From Actinomycetota bacterium (GTDB taxonomy: Bacteria > Actinomycetota > Actinomycetes > Actinomycetales > Microbacteriaceae): DNA of 34,644 nucleotides. This document shows positions 1-11,654 of the stretch, piece after piece (the stretch's first letter is position 1; each line of letters starts with the position of its first letter). The notes beneath the pieces are model-generated. The model did no database searches. It saw only the letters and a program-made list of their open reading frames with translations, and was not told the DNA's origin. The DNA is taken from the NCBI GenBank assembly GCA_009927245.1, contig RFNI01000218.1, positions 1-34,644 of the forward strand. Direction: 5' to 3'. The position numbers were made by a program, and so were the translations under genes.

Positions 1-29
1 GCCATTTCTGACTGGTCTTTCCACTTGAG

Positions 30-102
30 TGGAGACTAGGGGGGTCGAACCCCTGACCCCCTGCTTGCAAAGCAGGTGCTCTACCAACTGAGCTAAGTCC
101 CC
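30..102 (-). tRNA. tRNA-Ala(TGC), CCA not encoded
   Basis: Reverse complement GGGGACTTAGCTCAGTTGGTAGAGCACCTGCT-TGC-AAGCAGGGGGTCAGGGGTTCGACCCCCCTAGTCTCCA folds as a cloverleaf with a G3:U70 pair and TGC anticodon. The bases after the discriminator are CTC. Confidence 0.96.
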
Positions 103-134
103 ATTCGGAAGCCCACTCGGTTGAGAGTGCTTCC

Positions 135-211
135 TGGTGGGCCTAGGAGGACTTGAACCTCCGACCTCTTCATTATCAGTGAAGCGCTCTAACCACCTGA
201 GCTATAGGCCC
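135..211 (-). tRNA. tRNA-Ile(GAT), CCA encoded
   Basis: Reverse complement GGGCCTATAGCTCAGGTGGTTAGAGCGCTTCACT-GAT-AATGAAGAGGTCGGAGGTTCAAGTCCTCCTAGGCCCACCA. An Ile-Ala tRNA pair downstream of gyrA is the usual actinobacterial arrangement. Confidence 0.96.
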
Positions 212-265
212 GTAGAGCAAATCTAACCTTACCCGATATAGAGCCAAGGCTCAAACTGAAGAAGT

Positions 266-643
266 TTACTGCTGATTGTTATTAGTGAAGCCTACAGAGA
301 CTCCACCAATGATTCGGGCCACAATGTTGAAAATTGCTGCCCAGATTCCGGCCAGGATGGTGCCTACCAGAATCATGAAAACCGCGATGCCTAGCGAGAT
401 TGAGAGCACTGTCGGCAGTGTTATCTCCATGTCGATGTATTGCTTTAGTAGTGCACTAAAGCCGGCTGCGTTGAGGATCAAGAACAGGGTCGTTAGTGCG
501 ATTACTAACCCAATACCCAGTGCTACGTTCAAAACGAAGGAGAATCGGACTGCTGACCAGAAGTTGATCTTGATTAGCTTCAGGTTTACCGGCTTGGCTG
601 AAGATGACTCAGCTCTACTTGCCTTGCGAGAAAATACGCCCAT
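266..643 (-). CDS. DUF3566-family membrane protein
   Basis: 125 aa with two hydrophobic helices, motif LKLIKINFWSAVRFSF and C-terminal IFNIVARIIGGV. Its ATG abuts the gyrA stop, the conserved position of DUF3566 in Actinobacteria. Confidence 0.8.
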   Translation of the reverse strand: MGVFSRKASRAESSSAKPVNLKLIKINFWSAVRFSFVLNVALGIGLVIALTTLFLILNAAGFSALLKQYIDMEITLPTVLSISLGIAVFMILVGTILAGIWAAIFNIVARIIGGVSVGFTNNNQQ

Positions 644-3156
644 TTACTCTCCTTGCTCTTCAACTACGGTCTCAACAGCACCTGTTTCGATGCTCTCCAG
701 GTTTCTTTCACTGTTCTTAGCCAACCCTAGTACTGAATCTTCGTCATCGAAACGGGCAAAAACAACGCCCATGGTGTCGCGGCCTCTAGCCGGAACCTCG
801 CTGACAGCAGATCTAACTACCTTGCCGCTGGCAAGAACGATAAGAACTTCATCGTCTTCCTCGACGATTAGAGCTCCAACGATGTCTCCGCGCTTCTCCT
901 CAAGCTTGGCAACCTTGATACCGATACCGCCACGGTTTTGGATGCGATACTGCTCAACTGCTGTTCGCTTAGCAAAACCACCTTCGGTAACTACGAAGAC
1001 GAAGCCCTTGTCTGTGATCACATCTGCTGAGAGAAGGAAGTCATCTTGGCGGAAGTGCATACCGATGTTTCCACTGGTATCTCTTCCCATCGGGCGAAGT
1101 GATTCATCGCTAGCTGAGAAGCGGATTGACATGCCCTTGTTGGAAACGAGAAGTAGATCATCGCTCTGATTAACCAATAGAGCTGAAACTACTTCGTCTT
1201 CTTCACGAAGTTTGATAGCAATAACACCGCCGCTACGTGAAGTGTCATATGCCTCAAGGGTTGTCTTCTTGACTAGACCCGACTTAGTTGCAATTACTAA
1301 ATACTCAGCTTGCTGGTAGTCGCGAATATCTAGAACCTGTGCGATCTTCTCATCTGGTTGAAGAGCAAGGAGGTTGGCTACGTGCTGACCCTTTGCATCT
1401 CTTCCAGCTTCTTGAACTTCATACGCCTTAGTTCTATAAACTCTTCCCTTGTTTGTGAAGAAGAGTAGATAGTGGTGAGTTGTGGTCACAAAGAAGTGTT
1501 CAACGACATCATCAGCACGAAGGCTTGCACCCTTAACACCCTTACCACCGCGGTGCTGTGATCTGTAGTTATCGCTCTTGGTGCGCTTAATGTATCCACC
1601 GCGAGTAATGGTGATAACCATTTCCTCTTCAGGAATTAGATCTAGATCAGTAACACCATCTTCACCAGGAAGAATGATTGTTCCTTCTGTCGTCACCATG
1701 ACGCTTAACAACATCTTCGAGTTCTTCAGCAACAATTGAACGCTGTCTCTGTGGGTCAGCAATGATTGCCTTGTATTCAACAATCAGTGCTTCTAGTTCA
1801 GCAGCTTCATCAATAATCTTCTGACGCTCAAGAGCAGCAAGCTGTCTTAGCTGCATGTTCAAGATTGCTCTTGCCTGCAGGTCATCAATCTCTAAAAGCT
1901 TCATCAGACCTTCGCGAGCATCGTCTGCTGTTGCGCTAGCTCTAATAAGTTTGATTACTTCATCAAGTGCATCTAGTGCCTTTAGGTAACCGCGAAGAAT
2001 GTGTGCACGTTCTTCAGCCTTACGAAGACGGAACTGAGTTCTACGAATGATAACTTCGATCTGGTGTTCAATCCAGTAGGTGATGAAACCATCGAGGCTC
2101 AGTGTTCTTGGAACACCATCAACAAGAGCCAACATGTTTGCACTGAAGTTTTCCTGCAGCGGAGTGAACTTGTATAGGTTGTTTAGAACAACCTGGCAAC
2201 TGCATCCTTCTTTAGAACGATTACTAGTCGCTGACCAGTTCTACCTGAAGTCTCATCGCGAATATCTGCGATTCCCTGAAGTCTTCCTTCCTTAACAAGA
2301 TCAGCGATCTTTGAGAAGCTAAGTTGTCTGGGTTTACCTGATATGGAAGTTCAGTGACAACTAGACAGGTTCGCCCCTGCAGTTCTTCAACATTCACAAT
2401 CGCACGCATGGTGATTGAACCACGTCCGGTGCGATAAGCATCCTTGATTCCCTGAGAACCAAGAATGGTTGCTGCGGTTGGGAAATCTGGTCCCTTGATT
2501 CTCTGCATTAGAGCTTCAAGAAGTTCTTCCTTAGATGCATTTGGATTCTCTAGAGCCCAGAGTGCACCAGCTGCAACTTCACGAAGGTTGTGCGGTGGAA
2601 TGTTTGTTGCCATCGCAACAGCGATACCGATAGATCCGTTGATTAGAAGGTTAGGAATACGGCTAGGTAGAACTGTTGGTTCCTGAGTTCTACCGTCGTA
2701 GTTGTCTTGGAAGTTGACGGTGTCCTCGTCAATGTCTCTAACCATTTCAAGAGCAAGAGGTGCCATACGGCACTCTGTGTATCGAGGAGCAGCAGCACCA
2801 TCGTTACCAGGAGATCCGAAGTTACCCTGACCACTTACCAATGGGTAACGAAGGTTCCATTCTTGGACTAGACGGACAAGAGTGTCGTAGATAGCTCCAT
2901 CACCGTGAGGGTGGAACTGACCCATTACATCTCCAACAACACGAGAGCACTTGCTGAATTGCTTATCTGGTCGGTATCCACCGTCATACATCGCATAAAT
3001 AACTCTGCGGTGAACTGGCTTTAGACCATCTCTAACGTCTGGCAGTGCACGTCCGACGATAACGCTCATCGCGTAGTCAAGATATGAACGTTGCATCTCA
3101 ACGTTTAGGTCGATCTGTTCGACTCTGTCCATCTGTGGTTCGTTGTTTTCAGTCAT
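644..3156 (-). CDS. gyrA: DNA gyrase subunit A (three apparent indels at ~2310-2317, ~2194 and ~1681-1684)
   Basis: ORFs 2224..3156, 1662..2135 and 644..1783 plus a short intermediate frame join into one GyrA: [32 protein letters not shown], catalytic AAPRYTE, GyrA box QHRGGKG and beta-pinwheel repeats. Confidence 0.95.
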
Positions 3157-3170
3157 AGTTTCACCTCGGC

Positions 3171-5138
<1,968 letters not shown>

Positions 5139-5199
5139 TTAGGCCCACACAACGGCCACCTAAATAGGGGGACTTATATTCGGGGTTGCTAACCCTCTA

Positions 5200-5271
5200 A
5201 TTCTACCTTTTTGACGCCAAATATAGGGCTAAAAACGGGGTCTATGGAAGGTATTTTGGGGCTGTGGATAA
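5200..5271 (-). promoter_or_regulatory. Putative gyrB promoter (-10 TAGAAT) with an upstream perfect DnaA box
   Basis: TAGAAT on the minus strand at 5200-5205; TGTGGATAA at 5263-5271, within the DUF721-gyrB gap. Confidence 0.5.
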
Positions 5272-5315
5272 CCCGCTGGAGAGCAATAAATTACTAGGGA
5301 CTAAAGGTTTTACCT

Positions 5316-5807
5316 TTAGCCAAAAGTGTCTCTGGCACCAGGACCCGGAACAGATCTCAAACCACGCTTAAAGCTCGGTGCCTGAGGGCCTATAAAGCGA
5401 ACTTCTTTGACCTCAAGAGCCGGCAATTTATCCACGATACTCTTCAAGATATCGGCACTCATAATTCTTAGCTGGGTGGCCCAGGCAGTGCTTTTGCAGC
5501 GGATCGTCAAAACTCCTTTAGTTAGATCCTCTGGGAAGCTGTTCTCAGCCACCTTCTCACCGACTAATTCACGCCAATTGGCGAATAGTTCACCCTCTTG
5601 GAGCTTATTTTCCCAACCAAAGCTCTGAATAAGCCCATCCATGGTGCTCGCGATGGTTTTTGGTGCTCTTCCCTCATCAAAAGGCTTCGACTTTCGCTTC
5701 TTAATCTTGGCTCTACGAATTGTGTCTCGGTCTTTACGACCGGTAATGGCAGCTTTCATGCGGTAGTAAAACTCAACCGCAACATCAGGTTTCTGTGGAT
5801 CACGCAT
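5316..5807 (-). CDS. DUF721 / DciA-family protein (replicative helicase loader-like)
   Basis: Sits between recF and gyrB; motifs WRELVG, LTIRCKSTAWATQLR and GPQAPSF...GPGARDTFG are typical of actinobacterial DUF721 proteins. Confidence 0.88.
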   Translation of the reverse strand: MRDPQKPDVAVEFYYRMKAAITGRKDRDTIRRAKIKKRKSKPFDEGRAPKTIASTMDGLIQSFGWENKLQEGELFANWRELVGEKVAENSFPEDLTKGVLTIRCKSTAWATQLRIMSADILKSIVDKLPALEVKEVRFIGPQAPSFKRGLRSVPGPGARDTFG

Positions 5808-6966
5808 TGCCCACCACGATTTCTCCAGCGGTTACGAAGATACGATTAGCGCTTAGCTCGGTAGGAACATCCTCGACAACGGCAGCAGTAATAAGCACCT
5901 GTTCATTATCTGACACCAGATTGGCAAGTCGAGTACGTCTAGTTGAATCAAGCTCTGCAAACACATCATCCAGAATCAGGATTGGATCTCCAGCTCTTGC
6001 TTCTTCACGAAGCAATTGAGCTGAAGCTAACTTAAGTGCGAGAGCGTAAGACCAAGATTCACCGTGACTTACAAAACCTTTAGCAGGGTAGTCACCGAGG
6101 TATAGAACCAGATCATCACGGTGCGGTCCAACTAGAGAAATTCCTCGCTCTAATTCTTTTGACTTAACCAACTCAAGTTTTGTTCTGAATTGAGTCTCGA
6201 TTTCTTCTCTGTCTGAAGTAACTAGGAAATCTTCTTCGAAGACCTCTGGTTCAACAATGTTTGAGCCAGTCAGTGACGACTTGTATTTGATTGAAGGATT
6301 GTTCTTTTCATCCGCAATAGCTTCGTAGGACGAAAGAAGTGGTGCAGCAATTCTCTTGATGAGGTCTTGTCTGAAAGCGATGATCTCTGTGCCCAGCTTG
6401 ATTAGTGAATCATCCCAAGCAGCGAGGGTGTCTAAGCCAGGGGAATCTTTGGGTAGGTTTCTGGAGGTCTTCAACAAAGTATTGCGTTGCTTCAGAACTC
6501 GATCGTAGTCAGAGAACACGCCAGCTAAACGAGGGGTTAGTTGAACAAGTAGATCATCGATGAACGCTCTGCGATTAGATGGGTCTCTCTTTACGATGTC
6601 TAAATCTTCAGGGGAGAAGATCACAGCGCTAACTAAACCTAGAACATCTCTAACTCTTGGTGTATCGGATCTATTTATTCTTGTTCGGTTAGCACCTGAG
6701 ACATTTAGTTCTAATTCAATTAGGTTTTCACGATCTTCAAAACCAGCAAGGATTCTCATCACAGCTTTATCTTGCTGATGTTTTACAAGAGGTAGGTAGC
6801 CGCTTACTCGATGTGAATTTAAAGTTGCTGCGTAGAAGATAGCTTCAACAAGATTTGTTTTGCCTTGACCGTTTCTACCGACAAGTAAATTCACTCCGGG
6901 TTGCAGGGGCAACTCAAGAGTTGAGTAATTGCGAAAGTTACTAAGACTCAGATGCTTGATGTGCAT
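5800..6966 (-). CDS. recF: DNA replication and repair protein RecF
   Basis: NFRNY, Walker A GRNGQGKTN, GPHRDDL, SHGE, Walker B LILDDVFAELD. Confidence 0.97.
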   Translation of the reverse strand: MHIKHLSLSNFRNYSTLELPLQPGVNLLVGRNGQGKTNLVEAIFYAATLNSHRVSGYLPLVKHQQDKAVMRILAGFEDRENLIELELNVSGANRTRINRSDTPRVRDVLGLVSAVIFSPEDLDIVKRDPSNRRAFIDDLLVQLTPRLAGVFSDYDRVLKQRNTLLKTSRNLPKDSPGLDTLAAWDDSLIKLGTEIIAFRQDLIKRIAAPLLSSYEAIADEKNNPSIKYKSSLTGSNIVEPEVFEEDFLVTSDREEIETQFRTKLELVKSKELERGISLVGPHRDDLVLYLGDYPAKGFVSHGESWSYALALKLASAQLLREEARAGDPILILDDVFAELDSTRRTRLANLVSDNEQVLITAAVVEDVPTELSANRIFVTAGEIVVGNA

Positions 6967-6974
6967 CTGAAACC

Positions 6975-7858
6975 TTACTCAGCCTTTTTTACCGCGTGAC
7001 CACCGAATTGGTTGCGCAATGCTGCAACAGCTTTCATGGCAGGTGAATCATCTTGACGTGAGGTAAATCGAGCGAATAGTGACGCTGTGATTGCTGGCAT
7101 TGGAACTGCGTTAGCAATACCTTCTTCAACAGTCCAACGACCCTCACCTGAATCTTCTACGTAACCCTTGATCTTTGAAAGGTTAGGGTCTTCCTCAAGA
7201 GCAAGCACTAGAAGATCTAGTAGCCATGAACGAACAACTGTTCCACGCTGCCAGGCAGCAAAGGTACCGTGAACATCCTTGATGATGTCCTTCTTCTCAA
7301 GAAGTTCGTAGCCTTCAGCAAATGCCTGCATCATCGCGTACTCGATACCGTTGTGGACCATCTTGGCGTAGTGACCAGCTCCAACATCTCCAACGTGAAC
7401 AAAGCCTTCAGCTCTCTCACCTTCTGGACGTAGCGCATCAAAAATTGGCATTGCGTGCTCAACTAGTTTTGCGTCTCCACCAACCATCAAGCCGTAACCG
7501 TTTTGTAGACCCCAAACACCACCTGAGACACCACAGTCCAGGTAACCAATTCCCTTAGGCGCAAGTTGCGCTGCGTGACGAATGTCTTCGCTGAAGCGTG
7601 AGTTACCACCTTCGATGATTAGGTCACCTTCACCTAGGTGCTTCTCGAGTTCGTTGATTACATCGTCGGTTGGCTGACCATGTGGAACCATGATCCAAAC
7701 AATCTTGGGGCTAGGTAGCGCAGCAACTAGATCAGCAATGGTGTCGACATCAGAGACATCTCTGCTTCGTGCATAACCCGTTACTTCGATTCCCTTGTTA
7801 CGAAGACGAGTGCGCATGTTGCCACCCATTTTGCCTAAGCCGATAAGACCGATTGCAT
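6975..7858 (-). CDS. gnd: 6-phosphogluconate dehydrogenase, decarboxylating (short NAD-type); 1-nt deletion just after the start codon
   Basis: Motifs GVSGG, GHYAKMVHNGIEY, DSGEGRW and RNQFGGH. The Rossmann motif IGLIGLGKMG lies upstream of the ORF-track start 7829. An ATG at 7858 with SD GAAAGG is out of frame by one base (ATG CA ATC GGT). Confidence 0.9.
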
Positions 7859-7886
7859 TGTGTTGCCTTTCTTTGAAACTAAAGCT

Positions 7887-9035
7887 TTAGCGCTTAAGCA
7901 TGTTTGGGTTTAGGAGATAGCGATATGTGTCAGGGCTCTTAGCGTCCTTCGACATTTGGCTAGACATGATGATAGGACCAGGTCTGCTCGGATCTCTTTG
8001 GTTCTTAGTGAATTCAATCTTTACGAATTCACTAGTGATTTGAGATAGACCGTCGTGGAATAACCACGGCTTAAATCTCAAGCTTGTTGGGTTACCGGTA
8101 AGAGTTGCTTCAACTGATTCAGTTGCATTGTTCTCAGAGCTTGTTGATTCAAGTTGAACTGAACCAGTTTCGAATGAGTAGCGAATGGTGTCTTCAGATT
8201 CACTGACAACCAATTCAACGCGCTTAGTTGCATCCATCAAATCTTGCTTGTTAATGACAGCTGACTCTTCTAGGTTGTTTGGGAAGTATTGATCAATGTC
8301 TGGATAGTTCTCGATGTTCAGAACAATGGTTGTGACAATTCTGTTTTTAGCTTGGAATGCAACCATTCCTCTTTCACCTTCAGCAGCGATAGAGATGCTT
8401 ACTTCGCCAAGGTTTGCAAATGACTTTTCAATATCCTGCATTGTCTTGGTTAAAACAACAGCTGAAGTTTCATCAGCAACATCTTTACCCAACCATGGGA
8501 CCTGGCAACGAGCAATACGGTTTGGATCAGCTGCAGTAAGCATTACTGATGTTGGTGTTGCTTTAATCTGAATACCTTTTTGGAAAGGACGAGTTGAATC
8601 TTTTGCAGATGCAACAGAAACTCTTCTGATTGCTGCGATGAATGATTCACCATCGATAGTTCCGGTTACCGGTGGAACTGGAGGAAGAGTCGGATACTGA
8701 GCAATTGGCAAAATAGCCAATTCAAACTTGCTTGTTCCACAGGTGATAACAGCTTTGTTTTCTCCAACTTCAAAGTTCACCGGTTGGTTAGGTAGACGGC
8801 CAACAATCTCGTTAAGGAGCTTTCCAGAAACCAGGGCAGTGCCCGACTGGTCAACATTTGCTACCAGATCAGTCTGAGCCGAAACATCGTGGTCAAAAAC
8901 TGAGATCTGTAGGGAATTGGCATCTGCTACTAAGCGCATACCTGACAGGATTTGAGAGGTTGGTTTTGACTGAAGCATACGAGCTGCAAAAGCCACAGCT
9001 TCTGCCAGAACGTCGCGATTTACCTGGAACTTCAC
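7887..9035 (-). CDS. dnaN: DNA polymerase III beta sliding clamp (divergent)
   Basis: 382 aa, GTG start with SD GAAAGG, directly downstream of dnaA; MKFQVNRDVLAEAV N-terminus and YRYLLNPNMLKR C-terminus. Confidence 0.93.
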   Translation of the reverse strand: MKFQVNRDVLAEAVAFAARMLQSKPTSQILSGMRLVADANSLQISVFDHDVSAQTDLVANVDQSGTALVSGKLLNEIVGRLPNQPVNFEVGENKAVITCGTSKFELAILPIAQYPTLPPVPPVTGTIDGESFIAAIRRVSVASAKDSTRPFQKGIQIKATPTSVMLTAADPNRIARCQVPWLGKDVADETSAVVLTKTMQDIEKSFANLGEVSISIAAEGERGMVAFQAKNRIVTTIVLNIENYPDIDQYFPNNLEESAVINKQDLMDATKRVELVVSESEDTIRYSFETGSVQLESTSSENNATESVEATLTGNPTSLRFKPWLFHDGLSQITSEFVKIEFTKNQRDPSRPGPIIMSSQMSKDAKSPDTYRYLLNPNMLKR

Positions 9036-9124
9036 AGTTCACCTTTCGAGGGAATAGTTACTTAATCTTGCCACACAATGAGACTGGCTCTGTTCAAGGG
9101 GTGAGGGCCTTAAAGTTATGGGCT

Positions 9125-9363
9125 TTTCAATATCTATTTAAATATTAATAGCAGTAATAGCCTTTGTGGAAAATGTGGATAAGTGGCTATTCCTCAATGT
9201 TTAGTCCTGAATGACAACGGTGAAACTTGTATACACAGGTGGGGATAAATGTGTGGATAACTCTTTGCCTTGTGAACAGGGCTTAGGGTTTCTACAGAAT
9301 TAGAGTCAGTATTCACAGATTTGAGGATGAATATAGATTGTTATCAACAGCGAGTGTGAATAA
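9125..9363. other. oriC, unwinding half: AT-rich DUE, DnaA-trios and DnaA boxes
   Basis: Boxes TGTGGAAAA 9165, TGTGGATAA 9174, TGGGGATAA 9240, TGTGGATAA 9252, GTATTCACA 9309, TTATCAACA 9341, TGTGAATAA 9355. Trios TAA TAG CAG TAA TAG at 9146-9160; AT-rich run 9125-9150. Confidence 0.9.
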
Positions 9364-9368
9364 CTTAT

Positions 9369-10772
9369 TTACTTCAGACCAGTCATGATGTCTGTGACCT
9401 GGTTGTAGATGTAGCGGCGCTCTTTCATTAGATCGCCAACCTTCTTGATCGCATACATGACTGTGGTGTGGTCTCTGTTACCAAATAGTGCACCAATCTT
9501 AGGCAAAGACATGGATGTCTTCTCCCGGCACAAATACATGGCAATCTGACGAGCAATAACAATGGCCTGAGATCTTGACTTACCAAAGAGCTCTTCCTGA
9601 GTCAGTTTGAAGTAATCAGCCACAGCTCGAACTATCTCCATGGGAGCGATGCTGTTTGAGTCTTCACCCAAAGGAACAACATCCTTCAAAACTGCCTGCA
9701 CTAGGGGCATGTCGATTTGGGTTCTGTTTAGGGCAGCAAAAGCAGTTACGCGAATCAATGCACCTTCTAGCTCACGAATGTTTGATGAAATACGCGCTGC
9801 CATGTAGTCGAGAATCTCGTCGCTAACGCGGATTTTGTCGTTTTCAGCCTTTTTACGAAGGATCGCAATACGGGTTTCAAGCTCCGGAGCTTGAATGTCG
9901 GTCATTAGACCCCATTCGAAGCGGCTTCTCATACGCTCATCAAAACTGTTCAGAAGCTTAGGAGAGACGTCACTCGTGATAACAACTTGCTTACCTTGCT
10001 CGTGGAGGGCGTTGAAGGTAGCGAAGAATGATTCCTGGGTCTCTTTCTTACCCTGCAGGAACTGAATGTCATCAATCATAAGAACATCAACCTGGCGATA
10101 CTTTGACTGGAAGTTGAAGCTTGTGTTGTTTTGGATGGCGTTAATGAAGTCATTAGTGAAAACTTCACTGGAAACGTATCTAACCCGCTTGGCTGGCCAG
10201 TACTGGTTTACATAATTACCGATGGCATGTAGCAAATGTGTTTTACCCAGACCTGAATTTCCATAGATAAACAGAGGGTTGTAGGCCTTAGCTGGGACTT
10301 CAGCTACTGCGAAAGCGGCAGCGTAAGCAAATCTGTTTGAGTTACCCTGAACAAAGCTGTCGAATGTGTATCTAGGGTTCAGCCTGGATGATCCGTCAGG
10401 GATTTGCCCGCTTTCGGTCGGGTTGTAGTTAGGTCGAGAGGCCGGTTCTGGTTCAACAACATCGATGTCCACCTGCTGCGTAGAGGTGAAAACCTCCGCC
10501 AATTCAGGGTTAACGACGATACCGATGTTGGTTGGAGGGGTTTCTAACCCAATTCTTTGAAGAGTTTCGAGAAGTGGCTGCTTGATCTTTTGCTCGATAA
10601 TTCCTCGAGTCATTTCATTAGCTACCTGTAGATAGAGGGTTTCACCCAACAAACCTTGAATTGAGATCAGTTTAACGAAGCCAAGGTGCTGTTTACTCAT
10701 GCGTTCGTCGTTGTGAAGCTGTGACACAACTTCAGCCCACTGGTCGGGGCTAATGCCTGCTGCTTCTGCCAT
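9369..10772 (-). CDS. dnaA: Chromosomal replication initiator DnaA (likely start ATG 10772, 467 aa)
   Basis: LNPRYTFDSFV, YNPLFIYGNSGLGKTHL, IDDIQF, SRFEWGL, NIRELEGAL, RDHTTVMYA. The 50-codon extension in the ORF track runs through DnaA boxes and is probably not coding. Confidence 0.97.
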   Translation of the reverse strand: MAEAAGISPDQWAEVVSQLHNDERMSKQHLGFVKLISIQGLLGETLYLQVANEMTRGIIEQKIKQPLLETLQRIGLETPPTNIGIVVNPELAEVFTSTQQVDIDVVEPEPASRPNYNPTESGQIPDGSSRLNPRYTFDSFVQGNSNRFAYAAAFAVAEVPAKAYNPLFIYGNSGLGKTHLLHAIGNYVNQYWPAKRVRYVSSEVFTNDFINAIQNNTSFNFQSKYRQVDVLMIDDIQFLQGKKETQESFFATFNALHEQGKQVVITSDVSPKLLNSFDERMRSRFEWGLMTDIQAPELETRIAILRKKAENDKIRVSDEILDYMAARISSNIRELEGALIRVTAFAALNRTQIDMPLVQAVLKDVVPLGEDSNSIAPMEIVRAVADYFKLTQEELFGKSRSQAIVIARQIAMYLCREKTSMSLPKIGALFGNRDHTTVMYAIKKVGDLMKERRYIYNQVTDIMTGLK

Positions 10773-10814
10773 TACAACTTCCAAAGTGCTAGTAAAATCA
10801 AGGGGTTCGGATAG

Positions 10815-10897
10815 TTTTCCACAATTGCTCCAGCAACAAAGCATAGTGCTTTTTGTTGTGGATAACTTCAAATTCAATAAATTTGACCTGTGGATAA
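10815..10897. promoter_or_regulatory. DnaA boxes upstream of dnaA (autoregulation / second half of a bipartite oriC)
   Basis: TTTTCCACA 10815, TGTGGATAA 10857, TGTGGATAA 10889, followed by an AT-rich tract at ~10920-11030. Confidence 0.85.
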
Positions 10898-11031
10898 CTC
10901 CGTTAGAGTATTCAACTGCCAAACCAATTGAAATTGCAAATCGAAAAGACCATTTTTGACAAAATTTTTAATAATGTTACAAACCAGCTCAAACCTGGAG
11001 TTTCTCAAGCAAATATTATTTGCCAAAAAAC

Positions 11032-11060
11032 TTGACCAGCCCCGCAATTTGCCGTAAGTT
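11032..11060 (+). promoter_or_regulatory. Housekeeping sigma promoter for the rpmH operon
   Basis: TTGACC-N17-TAAGTT, about 90 nt upstream of rpmH. Confidence 0.6.
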
Positions 11061-11150
11061 TAACAGGTTGCTCTGCTCGGGGTTCGCAGGTGACATCAAG
11101 ATCAATAATTTTGACTTGAACCCAACAACAAAGTTTTGGAGTAATACCAA

Positions 11151-11288
11151 ATGACTAAGCGTACTTTCCAGCCAAACAACCGTCGTCGCGCTAAGACCCA
11201 CGGTTTCCGCCTGCGTATGAAGACTCGTGCCGGTCGCGCTATCCTTGCTGCTCGTCGCCGCAAGGGTCGTAGCGAGCTTTCGGCGTAA
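11151..11288 (+). CDS. rpmH: 50S ribosomal protein L34 (45 aa, absent from the ORF track)
   Basis: Hand translation: [45 protein letters not shown]; SD GGAG upstream. Confidence 0.98.
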   Translation: MTKRTFQPNNRRRAKTHGFRLRMKTRAGRAILAARRRKGRSELSA

Positions 11289-11294
11289 AGAACC

Positions 11295-11642
11295 TTGCTG
11301 GCTCGCGAGAACCGGCTAAGAACAGCCGAGGATTTTCGCTCGACCATGAAACATGGTCGTAAAGCAACCAACCAACACCTGGTGATCTATCTAAATAGAG
11401 TGGATAGCCCGCACCCTCCAAGATTTGGATTTGTGGTGGCCAAGACAGTTGGCTCAGCAGTGCAAAGAAACCTAGTGAAGCGCAGATCAAGAGCTGCTAT
11501 CCGTGAACGTCTCTCGAGCTTCCAAACAGGAGATTCCTTGGTACTTAGAGCCCTACCTGGACTTCCAGGTTTATCTTGGAACGAGTTCCTAGAAGAACTT
11601 GACCAGAGCCTAGCCAAACTAGCTGTCTCAGAAATCCGTTAA
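11295..11642 (+). CDS. rnpA: Ribonuclease P protein component
   Basis: RFGFVVAKTVGSAVQRNLVKRR (RNR-like motif); follows rpmH. Confidence 0.95.
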   Translation: MLARENRLRTAEDFRSTMKHGRKATNQHLVIYLNRVDSPHPPRFGFVVAKTVGSAVQRNLVKRRSRAAIRERLSSFQTGDSLVLRALPGLPGLSWNEFLEELDQSLAKLAVSEIR

Positions 11643-11654
11643 CAAGGTAAACAA

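Noticed and set aside
107-134. Hairpin GGAAGC...GCTTCC between the two tRNAs as a separate ncRNA or terminator
   Set aside because: It is a short spacer stem with no U-tract, most likely just precursor-tRNA spacer structure.
276-1169. 297-aa plus-strand ORF and the many other antisense ORFs in the track
   Set aside because: They are shadow frames of well-supported genes on the opposite strand and have no recognisable motifs.
644-3156. gyrA as a pseudogene, naturally split gene or programmed-frameshift gene
   Set aside because: It is an essential gene with intact motifs and no slippery heptamers at the breaks, and the same kind of short-run indel recurs in four other unrelated genes. Sequencing error is more parsimonious.
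10773-10922. 50-aa N-terminal extension of DnaA
   Set aside because: It translates DnaA boxes (IHR, LST, CGK). The downstream ATG gives a normal-length DnaA.
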